Positions 28,097-39,055 of a stretch of DNA of 56,267 nucleotides are shown in pieces. Within the stretch, counting starts at the first letter, position 1. Each line of letters opens with the position of its first letter. The notes under the pieces were generated by a model. That model was not told the DNA's origin. It saw only the letters and a list, made by a program, of their open reading frames with translations, and did not search any database. The DNA lies in NCBI GenBank assembly GCA_046496945.1, contig JAWOGL010000232.1:1-56267 (forward strand). Reading direction: 5' to 3'. Position numbers and translations under genes: made by a program. Source of the DNA: Desulfonatronovibrio sp. GTDB taxonomy: Bacteria > Desulfobacterota > Desulfovibrionia > Desulfovibrionales > Desulfonatronovibrionaceae.

Positions 28097-28927
28097 TTAT
28101 TTGGCTTCTTTACTTCTGGTCTGTTTTTTAATTATTTCGTTCCATTCAGATAGAGGTATCTCTTTTTCAACTCCGTCCTCATTCAGAACAGTCAGAGAAT
28201 CCCTGAAAAGGTTGGCTCTTATCACCCGTAAATATCCCTGATCCGTTTTAAAACGCTTACCAAGTTTTGGTGTTTTGCGCTGAAACCGGGCATAGTTTTC
28301 CTGCTCAAAGTTAAGACAACAGAGCAGGCGTCCGCAAATTCCGGAGATTTTGGCTGGATTTAAAAAAAGATTCTGATCTTTAGCCATTTTAATGGTTACA
28401 GGATCAAAATGACGCATGAATTTGCGGCAGCAGCAAACCTGACCGCAATTGCCCAGGCCTCCTATCATCTGGGTTTCATGGCGCACCCCGATCTGACGAA
28501 GTTCGATCCTGGTCTTGTAGATCTTGACCATATCCTTGACCAGATCCCTGAAATCAACCCTGCCGGGCGCTGTAAAATAAAAGATTATCTTGCTGCGGTC
28601 GAAATATACTTCCACATCCACCAGCTTCATGTCCAGGTTACGCTCTTTGATGCGCTCGCGACAGTATTTAAAGGCTTCCTGGAGCAGGGCGTAATTTTCT
28701 TTCTGGCTGCTCAGATCTTCTTCATTGGCCAGTCTGAAAATCGGTTTCAGCTGTTCCTGGGTAAAGCCCTCGGGCAGACTGTCCCTGACCAGGACCACCC
28801 TGGCCAGTCCCAGACCTTCCTCGGTCTTGACTATGACCGAGCCTCCCTTTTCCACCACAAAAGGGCTGGACTGAAAATAGTATACCTGGCCCTGGTCCCG
28901 GAATTTTACTCCTATAACCTGTGTCAT
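28097..28927 (-). CDS. ricT: PSP1/RicT (YaaT) family protein
   Basis: RVDFRDLVK, TRIELRQIGVR, CG..CCC, KISGICGRLLCCL. Confidence 0.88.
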   Translation of the reverse strand: MTQVIGVKFRDQGQVYYFQSSPFVVEKGGSVIVKTEEGLGLARVVLVRDSLPEGFTQEQLKPIFRLANEEDLSSQKENYALLQEAFKYCRERIKERNLDMKLVDVEVYFDRSKIIFYFTAPGRVDFRDLVKDMVKIYKTRIELRQIGVRHETQMIGGLGNCGQVCCCRKFMRHFDPVTIKMAKDQNLFLNPAKISGICGRLLCCLNFEQENYARFQRKTPKLGKRFKTDQGYLRVIRANLFRDSLTVLNEDGVEKEIPLSEWNEIIKKQTRSKEAK

Positions 28928-30345
28928 GATTCTTTTAACCTTTTAAGTATCTCTTTGGCGGCAAATCTGCCGGCGCCCATGGCCTCAACCACGGTGGCTG
29001 CTCCGGTGACAATATCTCCGCCCGCAAAGACCATGGGCATACTGGTTTCTCCTGTAACTGGATCAACTTCAATATTTCCCCATTTATTTAATCTCAGCTC
29101 AGGAGTAACCTGAGTCAGTACCTTGTTCGCTCTGGTTCCTACGGCCATTATGGCCAGATCCGTTTTCAGCTCGAAAGTTTCCCCCTGTACGGGAACCGGT
29201 CTTCTGCGGCCGCTGGAATCAGGCTTGCCCAGTTCCATTTTCTGCAGAAGGACTTTGCTGAGTCTTCCTTTTTCATCGGCGGAAAAGGAAAGAGGCGAAG
29301 ACAGTATTTCCAGCTCTATGCCTTCCTCCAGGGCGTGTTCCAGCTCTTCCACACGCGCCGGCATTTCACCCTTGGTGCGGCGATAAACCACCCGCACACT
29401 GGACGCGCCCTGCCTGTAAGCTGTTCTGGCCGCGTCCATGGCCACGTTGCCCCCGCCGATAACCACCACATTATTGCCTCTGGGGGCCGGAGTATCATAT
29501 TCAGGAAATTTATAAGCGTGCATCAGATTAATCCTGGTCAGGTACTCATTTGCTGAATAGACCCCCACCAGATTTTCCCCTTCCAGACCCATAAAACGGG
29601 GAAGCCCGGCTCCAACCCCAATGAATACGGCCTTGTAGCCTTCCTGAAACAGGTCTTTGACAGTAACACTCATACCGCCCACATAATTGCACCTGAAATC
29701 AACTCCCATATCTTCCAGGGAGTCCACTTCTCTTTTGACCACTGATTTGGGCAGTCTGAATTCAGGAATGCCGTACATCAGAACTCCGCCCGGTGAATGA
29801 AGGGCCTCAAAAATTGTCACCTTGATTCCCCTGGCTGCCAGGTATCCTGCCAGGGTCAGGCTGCTGGGTCCTGAACCCAGAGCAGCCACTTTGAGGTTTT
29901 CATCAGGAAGCTGACACTCCAGAAAACCTGTTTCTTCTTCACAGGAATTCCGGGCGTAAAAATTGTCCGCCACAAACCTCTCCAGCCTGCCAATGGCAAT
30001 GGGCTCACCAGTAGGCCGCAGTTTGCAGGCCCCTTCGCACTGATTTTCCTGAGGGCAGACCCGGCCACAGACAGCCGGAAGACTGTTGGTATCCTTGATT
30101 ACCCTGAAAGCTTCCTGAAAATTCTCTTCAGCCACCAGACGGATAAATGACTTGCAGTCCACTTCCACCGGACAGCCCTTCTGACAGGTGGGTTTTTTAC
30201 ATTGCAGACACCTTCTGGCCTCGGAAACTGCTTCGCCGGCCTGATACCCCAGGGCGACCTCGGAAAAAATCCGCCCTCTCTTTTCCGGGTCAAGCACGGG
30301 CATGGCTGTTCTGGGTTTAATCCTGGCTTTTTTCTTTTTGGTCAT
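28924..30345 (-). CDS. NADPH-dependent glutamate synthase-like flavoprotein / NfnB (transhydrogenase large subunit)
   Basis: EARRCLQC..P.C..GCP, CGRVCPQENQCE, GGGNVAMDAAR; adjacent to an NfnA-like gene. Confidence 0.88.
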   Translation of the reverse strand: MTKKKKARIKPRTAMPVLDPEKRGRIFSEVALGYQAGEAVSEARRCLQCKKPTCQKGCPVEVDCKSFIRLVAEENFQEAFRVIKDTNSLPAVCGRVCPQENQCEGACKLRPTGEPIAIGRLERFVADNFYARNSCEEETGFLECQLPDENLKVAALGSGPSSLTLAGYLAARGIKVTIFEALHSPGGVLMYGIPEFRLPKSVVKREVDSLEDMGVDFRCNYVGGMSVTVKDLFQEGYKAVFIGVGAGLPRFMGLEGENLVGVYSANEYLTRINLMHAYKFPEYDTPAPRGNNVVVIGGGNVAMDAARTAYRQGASSVRVVYRRTKGEMPARVEELEHALEEGIELEILSSPLSFSADEKGRLSKVLLQKMELGKPDSSGRRRPVPVQGETFELKTDLAIMAVGTRANKVLTQVTPELRLNKWGNIEVDPVTGETSMPMVFAGGDIVTGAATVVEAMGAGRFAAKEILKRLKES

Positions 30346-31181
30346 GAGCCCTTGCCCTTATTAAACATTTCCATTGATAATTGTTCCTGGTCCTTGTAGG
30401 CCGCCAGCCTGTTCATGAGCTCATCAAAATCCACCTGGGAAGCATCGAATTCAGGACCATCAACGCACGCGAAACGGGTTTCTCCGCCGATGCTTACCCT
30501 GCAGGCCCCGCACATGCCCATGCCGTCGATCATAATGGAATTAAGACTGACCACTGTTCTGACCTCAAAGGGCTCGGTAACCCGGGCTACCGCTTTCATC
30601 ATGGGCACCGGCCCTACTGCCACCACTTCCTGAACCGCAGTGTTTTCCTGGAGATACTTTTCCAGAACCTCGGTCACAAAACCTTTGTGCCCCTCGGTTC
30701 CGTCATCAGTTGCCACCAGCACTCTTGCAGATATCTTTTCCAGCTCAGGCCTGAACAAAAGAAGATCCCGGCTTCTGGCTCCGATTATGGAGGTCACCTC
30801 ATTGCCGGCTTGAGAATTTCCCTTGGCAATATGGTGCATGGCCGCGATACCGGTACCTCCACCCACACACACGACTTCTCCCTGCCGCTTTATTTCAGTT
30901 GATTTGCCCAGAGGCCCGCATAAATCCAGAATCATATCCCCTTCATCAAAAGTATCCAGCAGGGCCGAGGTTTTGCCCACCACCAGATAGACAATAACAA
31001 TCGTGCCTTTCTCAGGATCTTTGTCCGCGATGGTCAGGGGAATGCGTTCTCCTTTTTCCGTAAGCCTCAGCACCACGAAGTTGCCGGGGCGGGCATTTCT
31101 GGCGATATGCGGTGCAAAAATGGTCATCTCGCTGACCTTTTGCGGAATAAGAATTCTTTTATGAAGTATTGTATTAATCAT
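30342..31181 (-). CDS. NfnA / sulfide-dihydroorotate dehydrogenase-like FAD/NAD-binding subunit
   Basis: GERIPLTIAD, GGGTG, GPVPMM, MIDGMGMCGACR, CVDGPEFD; probable start 31181. Confidence 0.88.
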   Translation of the reverse strand: MINTILHKRILIPQKVSEMTIFAPHIARNARPGNFVVLRLTEKGERIPLTIADKDPEKGTIVIVYLVVGKTSALLDTFDEGDMILDLCGPLGKSTEIKRQGEVVCVGGGTGIAAMHHIAKGNSQAGNEVTSIIGARSRDLLLFRPELEKISARVLVATDDGTEGHKGFVTEVLEKYLQENTAVQEVVAVGPVPMMKAVARVTEPFEVRTVVSLNSIMIDGMGMCGACRVSIGGETRFACVDGPEFDASQVDFDELMNRLAAYKDQEQLSMEMFNKGKGS

Positions 31182-31283
31182 GTCTTTCTGATAAATCCCG
31201 GGCTCCAGCCAAAAAATGCTTGCCTGGAGCAAAAAAATAGTTATAAAATAAATCCAGTTCAACCAACTTTTATTTACAGGATC

Positions 31284-31655
31284 ATGACTCTGATTACCAG
31301 CTCCTCATTCCAGAACCCTGTCCAGCAGTATGCCCGGGTGGAAAACAAAACTTCCGGGTCAATACACAGGCACGAGGTATCAAAAGTCACTTCCGTACAG
31401 AAAAGCACCGGCTTTAGATGGAAAAATCTGGGAATAGAGTACCAGACCGAGGATATTCATGTTCAACCCGGCAATAAAACTTCCCGAACATTTGTTCATG
31501 AAATGCGCGAAGCCCGGGAAATTAAATCCCTAACCAGCTATAAAGCCGGCCAGAATTACGGATCCCATCATCCAAAATCAGCAGCCACTGCTTACGCCGC
31601 ACAAGCCAGGATTCCTCTGGACTATTCACACCCCATGCTTAATATGGCTGTCTAG
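31284..31655 (+). CDS. Hypothetical protein
   Basis: ORF fills the gap between the nfnA-like gene and alaS; ATG 31284 follows AGGA. Confidence 0.5.
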   Translation: MTLITSSSFQNPVQQYARVENKTSGSIHRHEVSKVTSVQKSTGFRWKNLGIEYQTEDIHVQPGNKTSRTFVHEMREAREIKSLTSYKAGQNYGSHHPKSAATAYAAQARIPLDYSHPMLNMAV

Positions 31656-31678
31656 CTGATTATCAGGCAATAAAAAAA

Positions 31679-34333
31679 TTATTCCGGCTCGCCCATCTCC
31701 TTAAGAATCTCCTCCAGCCTGGCCATGGCCCTGTCCAGGCCGCTGACATCTGACCCGCCTGCCTGGGCAAGATCAGGCCTGCCGCCTCCGCTGCCCTTGA
31801 TGTGTACCGCGATATCCTTGATCAGTTGCGGGGCGGTAAGTCTTTCATGCAGGTCTTTGCTTACAAAAAGAAGGAGCATGGGTTTAGAGTTTTTCTGGGA
31901 AGCAAGAAGAACAACCCCGGATGTTACCCTGGACCGGATATCATCCATAAGCTTTCTAAGGCCGTTCATATCGGCATCGTCCAGTTTTTGGGCAATAAAA
32001 TTTATCCCGGAAATTTTCCTGGCCGATGCGGCAAGTTCACTGCCTGTACCCGAAGAAAGTCTGCTCTTGAGGTGCTTGTTTTCTTTTAAAGCACTTTTTA
32101 ACTGATCCTGAAGGCTGGTGACCTTATCCAGCAATTGCTCTGACCCGACTTTAAGAGCCTCCTGAAGAGACTCCACACTGGCGCGTTTATCCTGCCAGAA
32201 CCTCAGGGCCTGCCAGCCGGTAAAGGCCTCGATTCTGCGCACTCCGGCCGCCACTGCTCCTTCGCTTACAATACAGAAACTTCCCATCTGCCCGGTTGAT
32301 CTGAGATGCGTCCCCCCGCAAAGCTCCATGGAAACATCTCCCAGGGCAACCACCCTGACCTGGTCCGCGTACTTTTCTCCAAAAAGGGCCAGGGCTCCTT
32401 TTTCCACTGCCTGTTCATGCTCCATTTCCATGGTCTTCACCTGAATATCAGAAAGTATATATGAATTTATCCTTTCCTCGATCCGGCCCAGGTCTTCTTT
32501 TTTCAGAGGTTTGATATGAGTGAAATCAAAACGGAGCCGGTTTTCATCTACCAGGGACCCGGCCTGACGAACATGCTCACCAAGCTCATTTCGCAAAGCT
32601 GAATGCAAAAGATGGGTAGCGGTGTGATTTCTGGCAATAGACACTCTCTTGCCGTCATCAACTAAAAGCTCTATTTCCTGGTCCAGAGACAGCCTGCCCG
32701 AGGTCATTTCAATCCGGTGGACAATGATTCCCGGAAAAGGTTTCTGGGTATCTTTGACCCCGGCCTGCCCTGTCACGGAAACAATGCGTCCCTGATCTCC
32801 GGTCTGACCGCCTGACTCCCCGTAAAAAGGAGTAATGGTTGAAACCAGCCATCCCTGCCCGCCCTGCTCAAGTTCTTGCCGGGGCTGTCCCGTGGCGTCC
32901 AGCAGAAAACTGATCCTGCCCTTGGAGCTAAGCTTGTCATATCCCACAAAATCAACCTGGAAACCATCGGCTGCCGCCCGGTTCAAATAATCAAACAGAT
33001 TATCGCTGTCCTCTCCTTTCCAGGCGGCTTTGGCTCTTTTTCTCTGCTCTTCCATTAGGGCGCGGTAACCCTCTTCATCCACGCCAAAACCCTTTTTCTC
33101 GGCAATATCATTGACAATATCCAGGGGGAACCCATAAGTATCGTAAAGCTTGAAGGCCACCTCTCCGGGAATCACCCCTGTTTCAGCACTCTCAAGTCTG
33201 TCCATCTCTTCTTTGAGCAGAATAAGGCCTTTTTCCAGAGTCCCGGCAAAACGCTCCTCTTCCTGTTTAATCACTTTGGCCATGAACTGTTTTGATTCTT
33301 CAAGTTCCGGATAAGCGTCCTTCATTGCCTGGACCACCTGTTCAGAAACCATGTACAGAAAAGGATCATCCATTCCCAGGGTTCGGCCGAACCTGTAAGC
33401 CCTGCGGATAAGCCTTCTCAGGATGTATCCCCGGCCTTCATTGGAAGGAAGCATTCCATCGGCAATCATAAATGCTGAAGCCCGGGAATGATCAGCTATC
33501 ACCCTCAAGGCGACGTCCCGGTCTTCTTCGGCGCCATAAGAAACCCCGGCCAGGCTGGACGTATATTTAATCAAACGCTGAAACAGGTCTGTGTCATAAT
33601 TTGAGAAAACGCCCTGACATACCGCGCTTATCCTCTCCAGCCCCATGCCCGTATCAATGCTTGGTCTGGGCAAAGGGTTAAGATTGCCCTGTTCATCCCG
33701 GTCGAACTGCATGAACACCAGATTCCAGATTTCCAGATAACGGTCACAGTCGCAAACCCCGATTGCGCAGTCAGGCCCGCAGGACATGGCCTCTCCCTGA
33801 TCATAAAGTATCTCGGAGCATGGCCCGCATGGTCCGGTATCTCCCATGGACCAGAAATTATCCTTTTCTCCCAGGCGGATTATCTTTTCCCCGGGAACTC
33901 CAGCTGTCTGTTTCCAGAGTTCCATGGCTTCATCATCGTCCAGAAAAATGGTAATAAACAGTTTCCCCCGGTCCAGTCCCATTTCCCGGGTTAAAAACCT
34001 CCAGGCCAGATCAATGGCCTCTTCCTTAAAGTAATCCCCAAAAGAAAAATTGCCCAGCATTTCAAAAAAAGTATGATGCCTGGCGGTCCTGCCTACGTTT
34101 TCCAGATCGTTATGTTTGCCCCCGACCCGTAGACACTTCTGGGCAGTCACCGCCCGGGTGTATCCGCGTTTTTCCCGGCCCAGAAAAACTTTTTTAAACT
34201 GGACCATGCCGGCATTGGTAAACAACAGAGTAGGATCACTTTGCGGCACCAGTGAAGAACTGGGCACAAGCGTATGCCCGTTATCCTGAAAAAATTGCAG
34301 AAATCTGTCTCTAATCTGGGAAGAGGTCAGCAC
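31679..34333 (-). CDS. alaS: Alanyl-tRNA synthetase
   Basis: LLFTNAGMVQFK, HHTFFEMLGNFSFGDYFK, NHTATHLLH, ELCGGTH, GGGRPDLAQAGG. Confidence 0.99.
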   Translation of the reverse strand: MLTSSQIRDRFLQFFQDNGHTLVPSSSLVPQSDPTLLFTNAGMVQFKKVFLGREKRGYTRAVTAQKCLRVGGKHNDLENVGRTARHHTFFEMLGNFSFGDYFKEEAIDLAWRFLTREMGLDRGKLFITIFLDDDEAMELWKQTAGVPGEKIIRLGEKDNFWSMGDTGPCGPCSEILYDQGEAMSCGPDCAIGVCDCDRYLEIWNLVFMQFDRDEQGNLNPLPRPSIDTGMGLERISAVCQGVFSNYDTDLFQRLIKYTSSLAGVSYGAEEDRDVALRVIADHSRASAFMIADGMLPSNEGRGYILRRLIRRAYRFGRTLGMDDPFLYMVSEQVVQAMKDAYPELEESKQFMAKVIKQEEERFAGTLEKGLILLKEEMDRLESAETGVIPGEVAFKLYDTYGFPLDIVNDIAEKKGFGVDEEGYRALMEEQRKRAKAAWKGEDSDNLFDYLNRAAADGFQVDFVGYDKLSSKGRISFLLDATGQPRQELEQGGQGWLVSTITPFYGESGGQTGDQGRIVSVTGQAGVKDTQKPFPGIIVHRIEMTSGRLSLDQEIELLVDDGKRVSIARNHTATHLLHSALRNELGEHVRQAGSLVDENRLRFDFTHIKPLKKEDLGRIEERINSYILSDIQVKTMEMEHEQAVEKGALALFGEKYADQVRVVALGDVSMELCGGTHLRSTGQMGSFCIVSEGAVAAGVRRIEAFTGWQALRFWQDKRASVESLQEALKVGSEQLLDKVTSLQDQLKSALKENKHLKSRLSSGTGSELAASARKISGINFIAQKLDDADMNGLRKLMDDIRSRVTSGVVLLASQKNSKPMLLLFVSKDLHERLTAPQLIKDIAVHIKGSGGGRPDLAQAGGSDVSGLDRAMARLEEILKEMGEPE

Positions 34334-34349
34334 CGGAACACTCCTTGAT

Positions 34350-35408
34350 TTATTTTGAATCCTTGTCAGCCTCGGCTTGCGTGTTCTGCTCAGGCTCTAA
34401 AACTCCCAGCTGAACCAGAAGATCGTTTTCAATGGCTTTGGCTATTTCCGGATTTTCCAGCAGAAAAGACCTGACGTTCTCCTTGCCCTGGCCAAGCCTT
34501 TCTGAACCATAGGCATACCATGCCCCGCTCTTATCCAGAACCTTGTTTTCCACTCCCATGTCCAGCAGTTCTCCGATGCGGGAAATCCCCAGGCCATAAA
34601 GGATATCAAACTGGGTCTCCCGGAAAGGAGGAGCAACCTTGTTTTTTACTATCTTGACTCTTACCCGGTTGCCTACAACCTCTTCCTTATCCTTAAGGGT
34701 CTGGATTTTTCTGATATCCATGCGGATGGTGGCATAAAATTTCAGTGCGTTTCCACCGGAAGTAGTTTCAGGATTGCCATATCCCATGGTTCCTATTTTC
34801 ATGCGGATCTGGTTTATAAATACCAGGGAGGTTTTGGACTTATGGATAGTGCCTGTTAATTTACGCATGGCATGGGACATGAGTCTGGCCTGGCCTCCAA
34901 CCTGAGTTTCCCCCATACTTCCTTCAAGTTCGGCCTGAGGGATAAGAGCGGCTACCGAGTCAATCACAATAACATCCACCCCGCCCGAGCGGACCAGAAG
35001 ATCGGCAATTTCCAGGGCCTGCTCCCCGTAATCAGGCTGAGAAATCAGCAGTTCTTCAGTGTTCACACCCAGCCTGCGGGCGTAAGTGACATCCAGGGCG
35101 TGTTCTGCATCAATAAACGCAGCCACGCCCCCCTTTTTCTGGGCTTCAGCGATTATATGCAGAGCCAGAGTTGTTTTGCCTGATGATTCAGGGCCATAGA
35201 TTTCAGTAACTCTGCCTCTGGGAATTCCTCCCAGACCCAGGGACAGATCCAGGCCAATGGAACCTGTGGGGATAAAAGGAATGGACTGGTGAGCATCATC
35301 AGACAAGCGCATAACCGAGCCCTGTCCGTATTTTCTCTCGATAGTGGTGATTGCGGTTTCAAGGGCTTCTTTACGCAGCTCCTGAGGGGACATACCTTTT
35401 TTGGCCAT
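34350..35408 (-). CDS. recA: Recombinase RecA
   Basis: [40 protein letters not shown]. Confidence 0.99.
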   Translation of the reverse strand: MAKKGMSPQELRKEALETAITTIERKYGQGSVMRLSDDAHQSIPFIPTGSIGLDLSLGLGGIPRGRVTEIYGPESSGKTTLALHIIAEAQKKGGVAAFIDAEHALDVTYARRLGVNTEELLISQPDYGEQALEIADLLVRSGGVDVIVIDSVAALIPQAELEGSMGETQVGGQARLMSHAMRKLTGTIHKSKTSLVFINQIRMKIGTMGYGNPETTSGGNALKFYATIRMDIRKIQTLKDKEEVVGNRVRVKIVKNKVAPPFRETQFDILYGLGISRIGELLDMGVENKVLDKSGAWYAYGSERLGQGKENVRSFLLENPEIAKAIENDLLVQLGVLEPEQNTQAEADKDSK

Positions 35409-35530
35409 AAAAACTCCCTTTATGTGCCGTAACCGGCGTGGAAATTAAAAATAATCTGGATTTCGGTCTGAAAAAATAAGTTTTTGAATATAACCTCAAA
35501 GATAAATAAAATCAAATCCCGGATATCCGC

Positions 35531-36298
35531 TCAAAGCCTGGAAATCCTGGCGTAGGCACTATGGTTGTGGATGGATTCAAAGCTTTCCACCTCCACTTCA
35601 TACCAGTTGATCAGCTTATGCGCATCAAGACTTAAAGCGGCCTTTCTGACGACGTCTTCTACAAACGCCGGCCGGGAAAAGGCGTACTCGGTCACAAATT
35701 TTTCATCTTCGCGTTTGAGAAGGGGATATACCGGGGAGGAACCGGCCTCTGAGGCGATATCAATAAGTTCTTCCAGCCAGAGCAGTCCGGTGAAGCCGCA
35801 TTTTATCCTTACCAGGGCCCGTTGACTGTGTGCCCCTTTTTCGCTGATGGCCAGGGAACAGGGACAAACCGTCATTACCGGAACTTCAACCCCGAGGATC
35901 ATGTTGACTTCTTCACCGTCAAGTTCGCCGCGAAGAAAAGAACTGAAATCAACCACAAATTCGTGTCCGCTTACCGGGGCCTTCCTGGAATAAAAATAGG
36001 GAAAGTCAAAGCGCAGAATGGCTTTTTTGGCTTCCAGATTCTGCCGGACCCTGGACAAAAGATCTTTGAAACTTTCATAGTTCAATACCTGGGACCAGGA
36101 ACTAAGGACCATGAGAAAACGGCTCATGTGGGTGCCCTTAAACCTGGCCGGAAGATCCACACACAAATCAACATCAGCAATAGTGTGCTGACTGCCCTGC
36201 CTGCGGTCCTGGACCACCAGGGGAATCTTAAGGTTTTTCACCCCTACCCGGTCTATGGGCAGGGGAACCTCTGAAGGACCGCTCTGAATATCCTGCAT
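35531..36298 (-). CDS. folE2: GTP cyclohydrolase FolE2 (type IB)
   Basis: [46 protein letters not shown]; its start overlaps the nikR stop. Confidence 0.93.
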   Translation of the reverse strand: MQDIQSGPSEVPLPIDRVGVKNLKIPLVVQDRRQGSQHTIADVDLCVDLPARFKGTHMSRFLMVLSSWSQVLNYESFKDLLSRVRQNLEAKKAILRFDFPYFYSRKAPVSGHEFVVDFSSFLRGELDGEEVNMILGVEVPVMTVCPCSLAISEKGAHSQRALVRIKCGFTGLLWLEELIDIASEAGSSPVYPLLKREDEKFVTEYAFSRPAFVEDVVRKAALSLDAHKLINWYEVEVESFESIHNHSAYARISRL

Positions 36299-36717
36299 CA
36301 GGCAATATCCTGGCCGGTGGTTGTCAGATTGAGCCGTCCGTGCTTGACTCCCTTGGTAGACGTTAACTTCTGGGAAGTCTCTTTGATGCTTTTGCCTGAG
36401 CCGCGAAGAATAAGGACTTCCAGACAATTATGATGGTCCAGGTGAATATGCATGGATGTTACAATATCATCCAGGGCCTGGTGCTGAATCTCGGTCAGCT
36501 TCTGAGAGAGATCGCTTTGGTGATGGTCATAGACCAGTGAAAGCACTCCGATGGTTTCCAGGTCATCGTCTTCCCACTGTTTTTGAACCAGGGCTCCCCG
36601 GATGAGATCCCTGATCGCTTCAGACCTGGTTTGATAACTTTTTTCCTCACACAGTTCATCAAACCTGGTCAACAAATCCAGGTCCAGGGAAACTCCAAAA
36701 CGAATTGTCTTACCCAT
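36298..36717 (-). CDS. nikR: Nickel-responsive regulator NikR
   Basis: [32 protein letters not shown]. Confidence 0.95.
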   Translation of the reverse strand: MGKTIRFGVSLDLDLLTRFDELCEEKSYQTRSEAIRDLIRGALVQKQWEDDDLETIGVLSLVYDHHQSDLSQKLTEIQHQALDDIVTSMHIHLDHHNCLEVLILRGSGKSIKETSQKLTSTKGVKHGRLNLTTTGQDIA

Positions 36718-36771
36718 GCCAATCCTCCAGGGTTTATCATTTATTGAACGCGGTGTCTGCAAAGCACCTGC

Positions 36772-37482
36772 TCAGCTGGTTGTTAACTCCATCAACCGAA
36801 CCATGGCGCTGTGATAGCCTACCACAGTTTTCTGCCTGCCGATCTCTTTAATTGTAAAGCCTTTTCTTTCAAAATAATCCCAGGCCTTCACAGAAACATT
36901 TCTTTCAGGATCGGCTATCCAGATTCTGCCGTTATCCTTGAGACAGTATCGCAGAAGCCTGGCCAGGGGTTCGCAGAATCTGGCCTCATAAAGAACATCC
37001 GCAGCCCAGATAAAATCAAACACTCCCGGTCCAAACCCTGGATTTCTCCAGTCTGTCTGAACCCAGCACATGGAAGGGATATTATTAATGGAAGCGTTTT
37101 GACGGGCAAATTCCAGTGCCGGCTTCTCAAAATCCATGGCCACCACCCTGGCACCCACTGAGCCTGCCACCAGCGAGGTAAGCCCCAGGCCGCAGCCTAT
37201 ATCCAGACACAGCCCACCGGCAAGAAGCCGGGCGCTGCGGCCTATATGACCGGCCAATGCCTTTGAGGCGGGCCAGACTTCTGTCCAGTATGGTATGTGA
37301 TCCTCAGCGTCTAATGTTTCACCGGTCATGTTCTCCCACAGTTCATCAAGATTGCCGGCTCTGCTGATGAGCCATTTCCGCCCTGCAAGTTCCAGTTCAA
37401 TACTGTGATGGCTGTATGATTCCAATTCAACTCCGATTATCTGGTGTTTCTTACTGCTTGGTTCCGGATCATTGCGGGCCAT
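36772..37482 (-). CDS. Class I SAM-dependent methyltransferase (Methyltransf_16-like)
   Basis: PYWTEVWPA, LDIGCGLGL, AADVLYE, IADP.R; start uncertain. Confidence 0.85.
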   Translation of the reverse strand: MARNDPEPSSKKHQIIGVELESYSHHSIELELAGRKWLISRAGNLDELWENMTGETLDAEDHIPYWTEVWPASKALAGHIGRSARLLAGGLCLDIGCGLGLTSLVAGSVGARVVAMDFEKPALEFARQNASINNIPSMCWVQTDWRNPGFGPGVFDFIWAADVLYEARFCEPLARLLRYCLKDNGRIWIADPERNVSVKAWDYFERKGFTIKEIGRQKTVVGYHSAMVRLMELTTS

Positions 37483-38359
37483 GGTCGTGAAAAGTCCGGC
37501 CGGCCAGCAGGCTGCTGACAATCCCCACTGCGGCAAGGGCTGCCACAAGGGACCCGGCATACAGGGGCGGAAGAAATTCAATCCTGATCCAGAGAGGAGG
37601 AAAATACAGGAGATCTTTAATCAGCAGATGCACTCCTTTTAAAAGGATTACCGAAAAAACACCCCCCAGCAGTCCCTGCAAAGCGCCTGTAACCAGAAGC
37701 GGAAACTGGATATACCAGGAACTTGCCCCCACCAGGGACAATATCTCAACTTCGTCCTTGCGGTTAACCTGATTCAGCTTGAGGGTATTGGCCACCACCA
37801 GACCGGTGATAACAAACATGAAGCCGACTAAAGGCCAGAACACCCGGGAAGCGATCTTAAGCCATGTCCGGGCCATGTCCATCTGCAGTGGATTGTAGCT
37901 GACTCTGTCAACACCGGGCAACTGTTCCAGCCTGTACAAAGTCTCTTTGGCCAGGTCTTTCCGGTCCGATCTGCTCAGAGAAATTTCAACAAGGGCTGTT
38001 GGAGGCAGCGGATTTGATCCGGCCAGATGCCGGGGATCAAAATCGGCGGTCATCGAGTCCACCAGAGTCTGCAGAGCCTGCTGCGGGGTGAAGGTCTCCA
38101 GGGATTCAATTTCCCAGGCAGCCATTTCCTGCCAGGTTGCCCGGACATCCTCCATGGGCAGGTCATTGTCCCAGTAAACCTGATACTGCAGCTTGTCCTG
38201 GGTGGTGGCAACAGCAGTACTGAAATTAAAAAGCAGCAGCAAAAAAAGACCGGCCAGAAAAGAAACCAGGGTGACCGCGCTCATGGTAAAAACCTGAGCC
38301 CATTTGTTATGGGCAAAGTTGGCAACTCCCCGGGCCAGAAGATGTCGGAAAATTCTCAT
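37469..38359 (-). CDS. ftsX: Cell division permease FtsX
   Basis: NPLP, EVEILSLVGA..WYIQFP; coupled to ftsE. Confidence 0.88.
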   Translation of the reverse strand: MRIFRHLLARGVANFAHNKWAQVFTMSAVTLVSFLAGLFLLLLFNFSTAVATTQDKLQYQVYWDNDLPMEDVRATWQEMAAWEIESLETFTPQQALQTLVDSMTADFDPRHLAGSNPLPPTALVEISLSRSDRKDLAKETLYRLEQLPGVDRVSYNPLQMDMARTWLKIASRVFWPLVGFMFVITGLVVANTLKLNQVNRKDEVEILSLVGASSWYIQFPLLVTGALQGLLGGVFSVILLKGVHLLIKDLLYFPPLWIRIEFLPPLYAGSLVAALAAVGIVSSLLAGRTFHDHGPQ

Positions 38360-39039
38360 ATCCCGGTTTGCTCCAGGGACCAGTTTGCACCGGTGATGCG
38401 TCCTTCTTCCAGGGAAAGGATCTTCGCGTCCGGCTGGCTCTTGATAAGTTCTTCATTATGTGTGGCAAAAATAACAGTAGTGCCGTGAACATGAAACTGC
38501 CTGAACACCTCAAGAAGCTGAACAGAAAGCTGCCTGTCCAAATTTCCTGTGGGTTCATCCGCCAGAAGAACTTTGGGATTAACCACCACCGCCCTGGCCA
38601 CTGCCACCCTTTGCTGTTCACCTCCGGATATCTCCCTGCACAGACACCATGTCTTTTTGTCAAGACGAAGCCCTCTGAGTACAGCCCGGACCCTTTTCTG
38701 AATCTGCTTTTTTACCATCCCTCGGACCACCAGGGGCAGGGCCACGTTATCCCAGACCGACCTGTCAGGCAGAATCCTGAAATCCTGAAACACTATGGCT
38801 ACCTGACGTCTCAACAGGTAAAGCCTGCGAGCCGGCAAAGAATTGAGATCAAAATCCGCAACGTCGGCCTTGCCCCGCTGAACAGGCAGGCTGCCGTGCA
38901 GAATCCGCATCAGGGTGGTCTTTCCAGCTCCTGACGGACCGGTCAGGAACAGAAAGTCCCCTTTTTCCAGGGAAAAAGTAATATTCTTCAAGGCCCAGTA
39001 ACGACCAAAAGAATGAGAAAGATACCTGGCATTGATCAT
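38356..39039 (-). CDS. ftsE: Cell division ATP-binding protein FtsE
   Basis: GPSGAGKTT, LRRQ..IVFQDF, SGGEQQRVAVARA, ADEPTGNLD. Confidence 0.92.
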   Translation of the reverse strand: MINARYLSHSFGRYWALKNITFSLEKGDFLFLTGPSGAGKTTLMRILHGSLPVQRGKADVADFDLNSLPARRLYLLRRQVAIVFQDFRILPDRSVWDNVALPLVVRGMVKKQIQKRVRAVLRGLRLDKKTWCLCREISGGEQQRVAVARAVVVNPKVLLADEPTGNLDRQLSVQLLEVFRQFHVHGTTVIFATHNEELIKSQPDAKILSLEEGRITGANWSLEQTGI

Positions 39040-39055
39040 TTATATCCTGAAATGC

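Noticed and set aside
35409-35530. LexA box upstream of recA
   Set aside because: AT-rich, but I see no convincing palindrome matching a LexA consensus I know.
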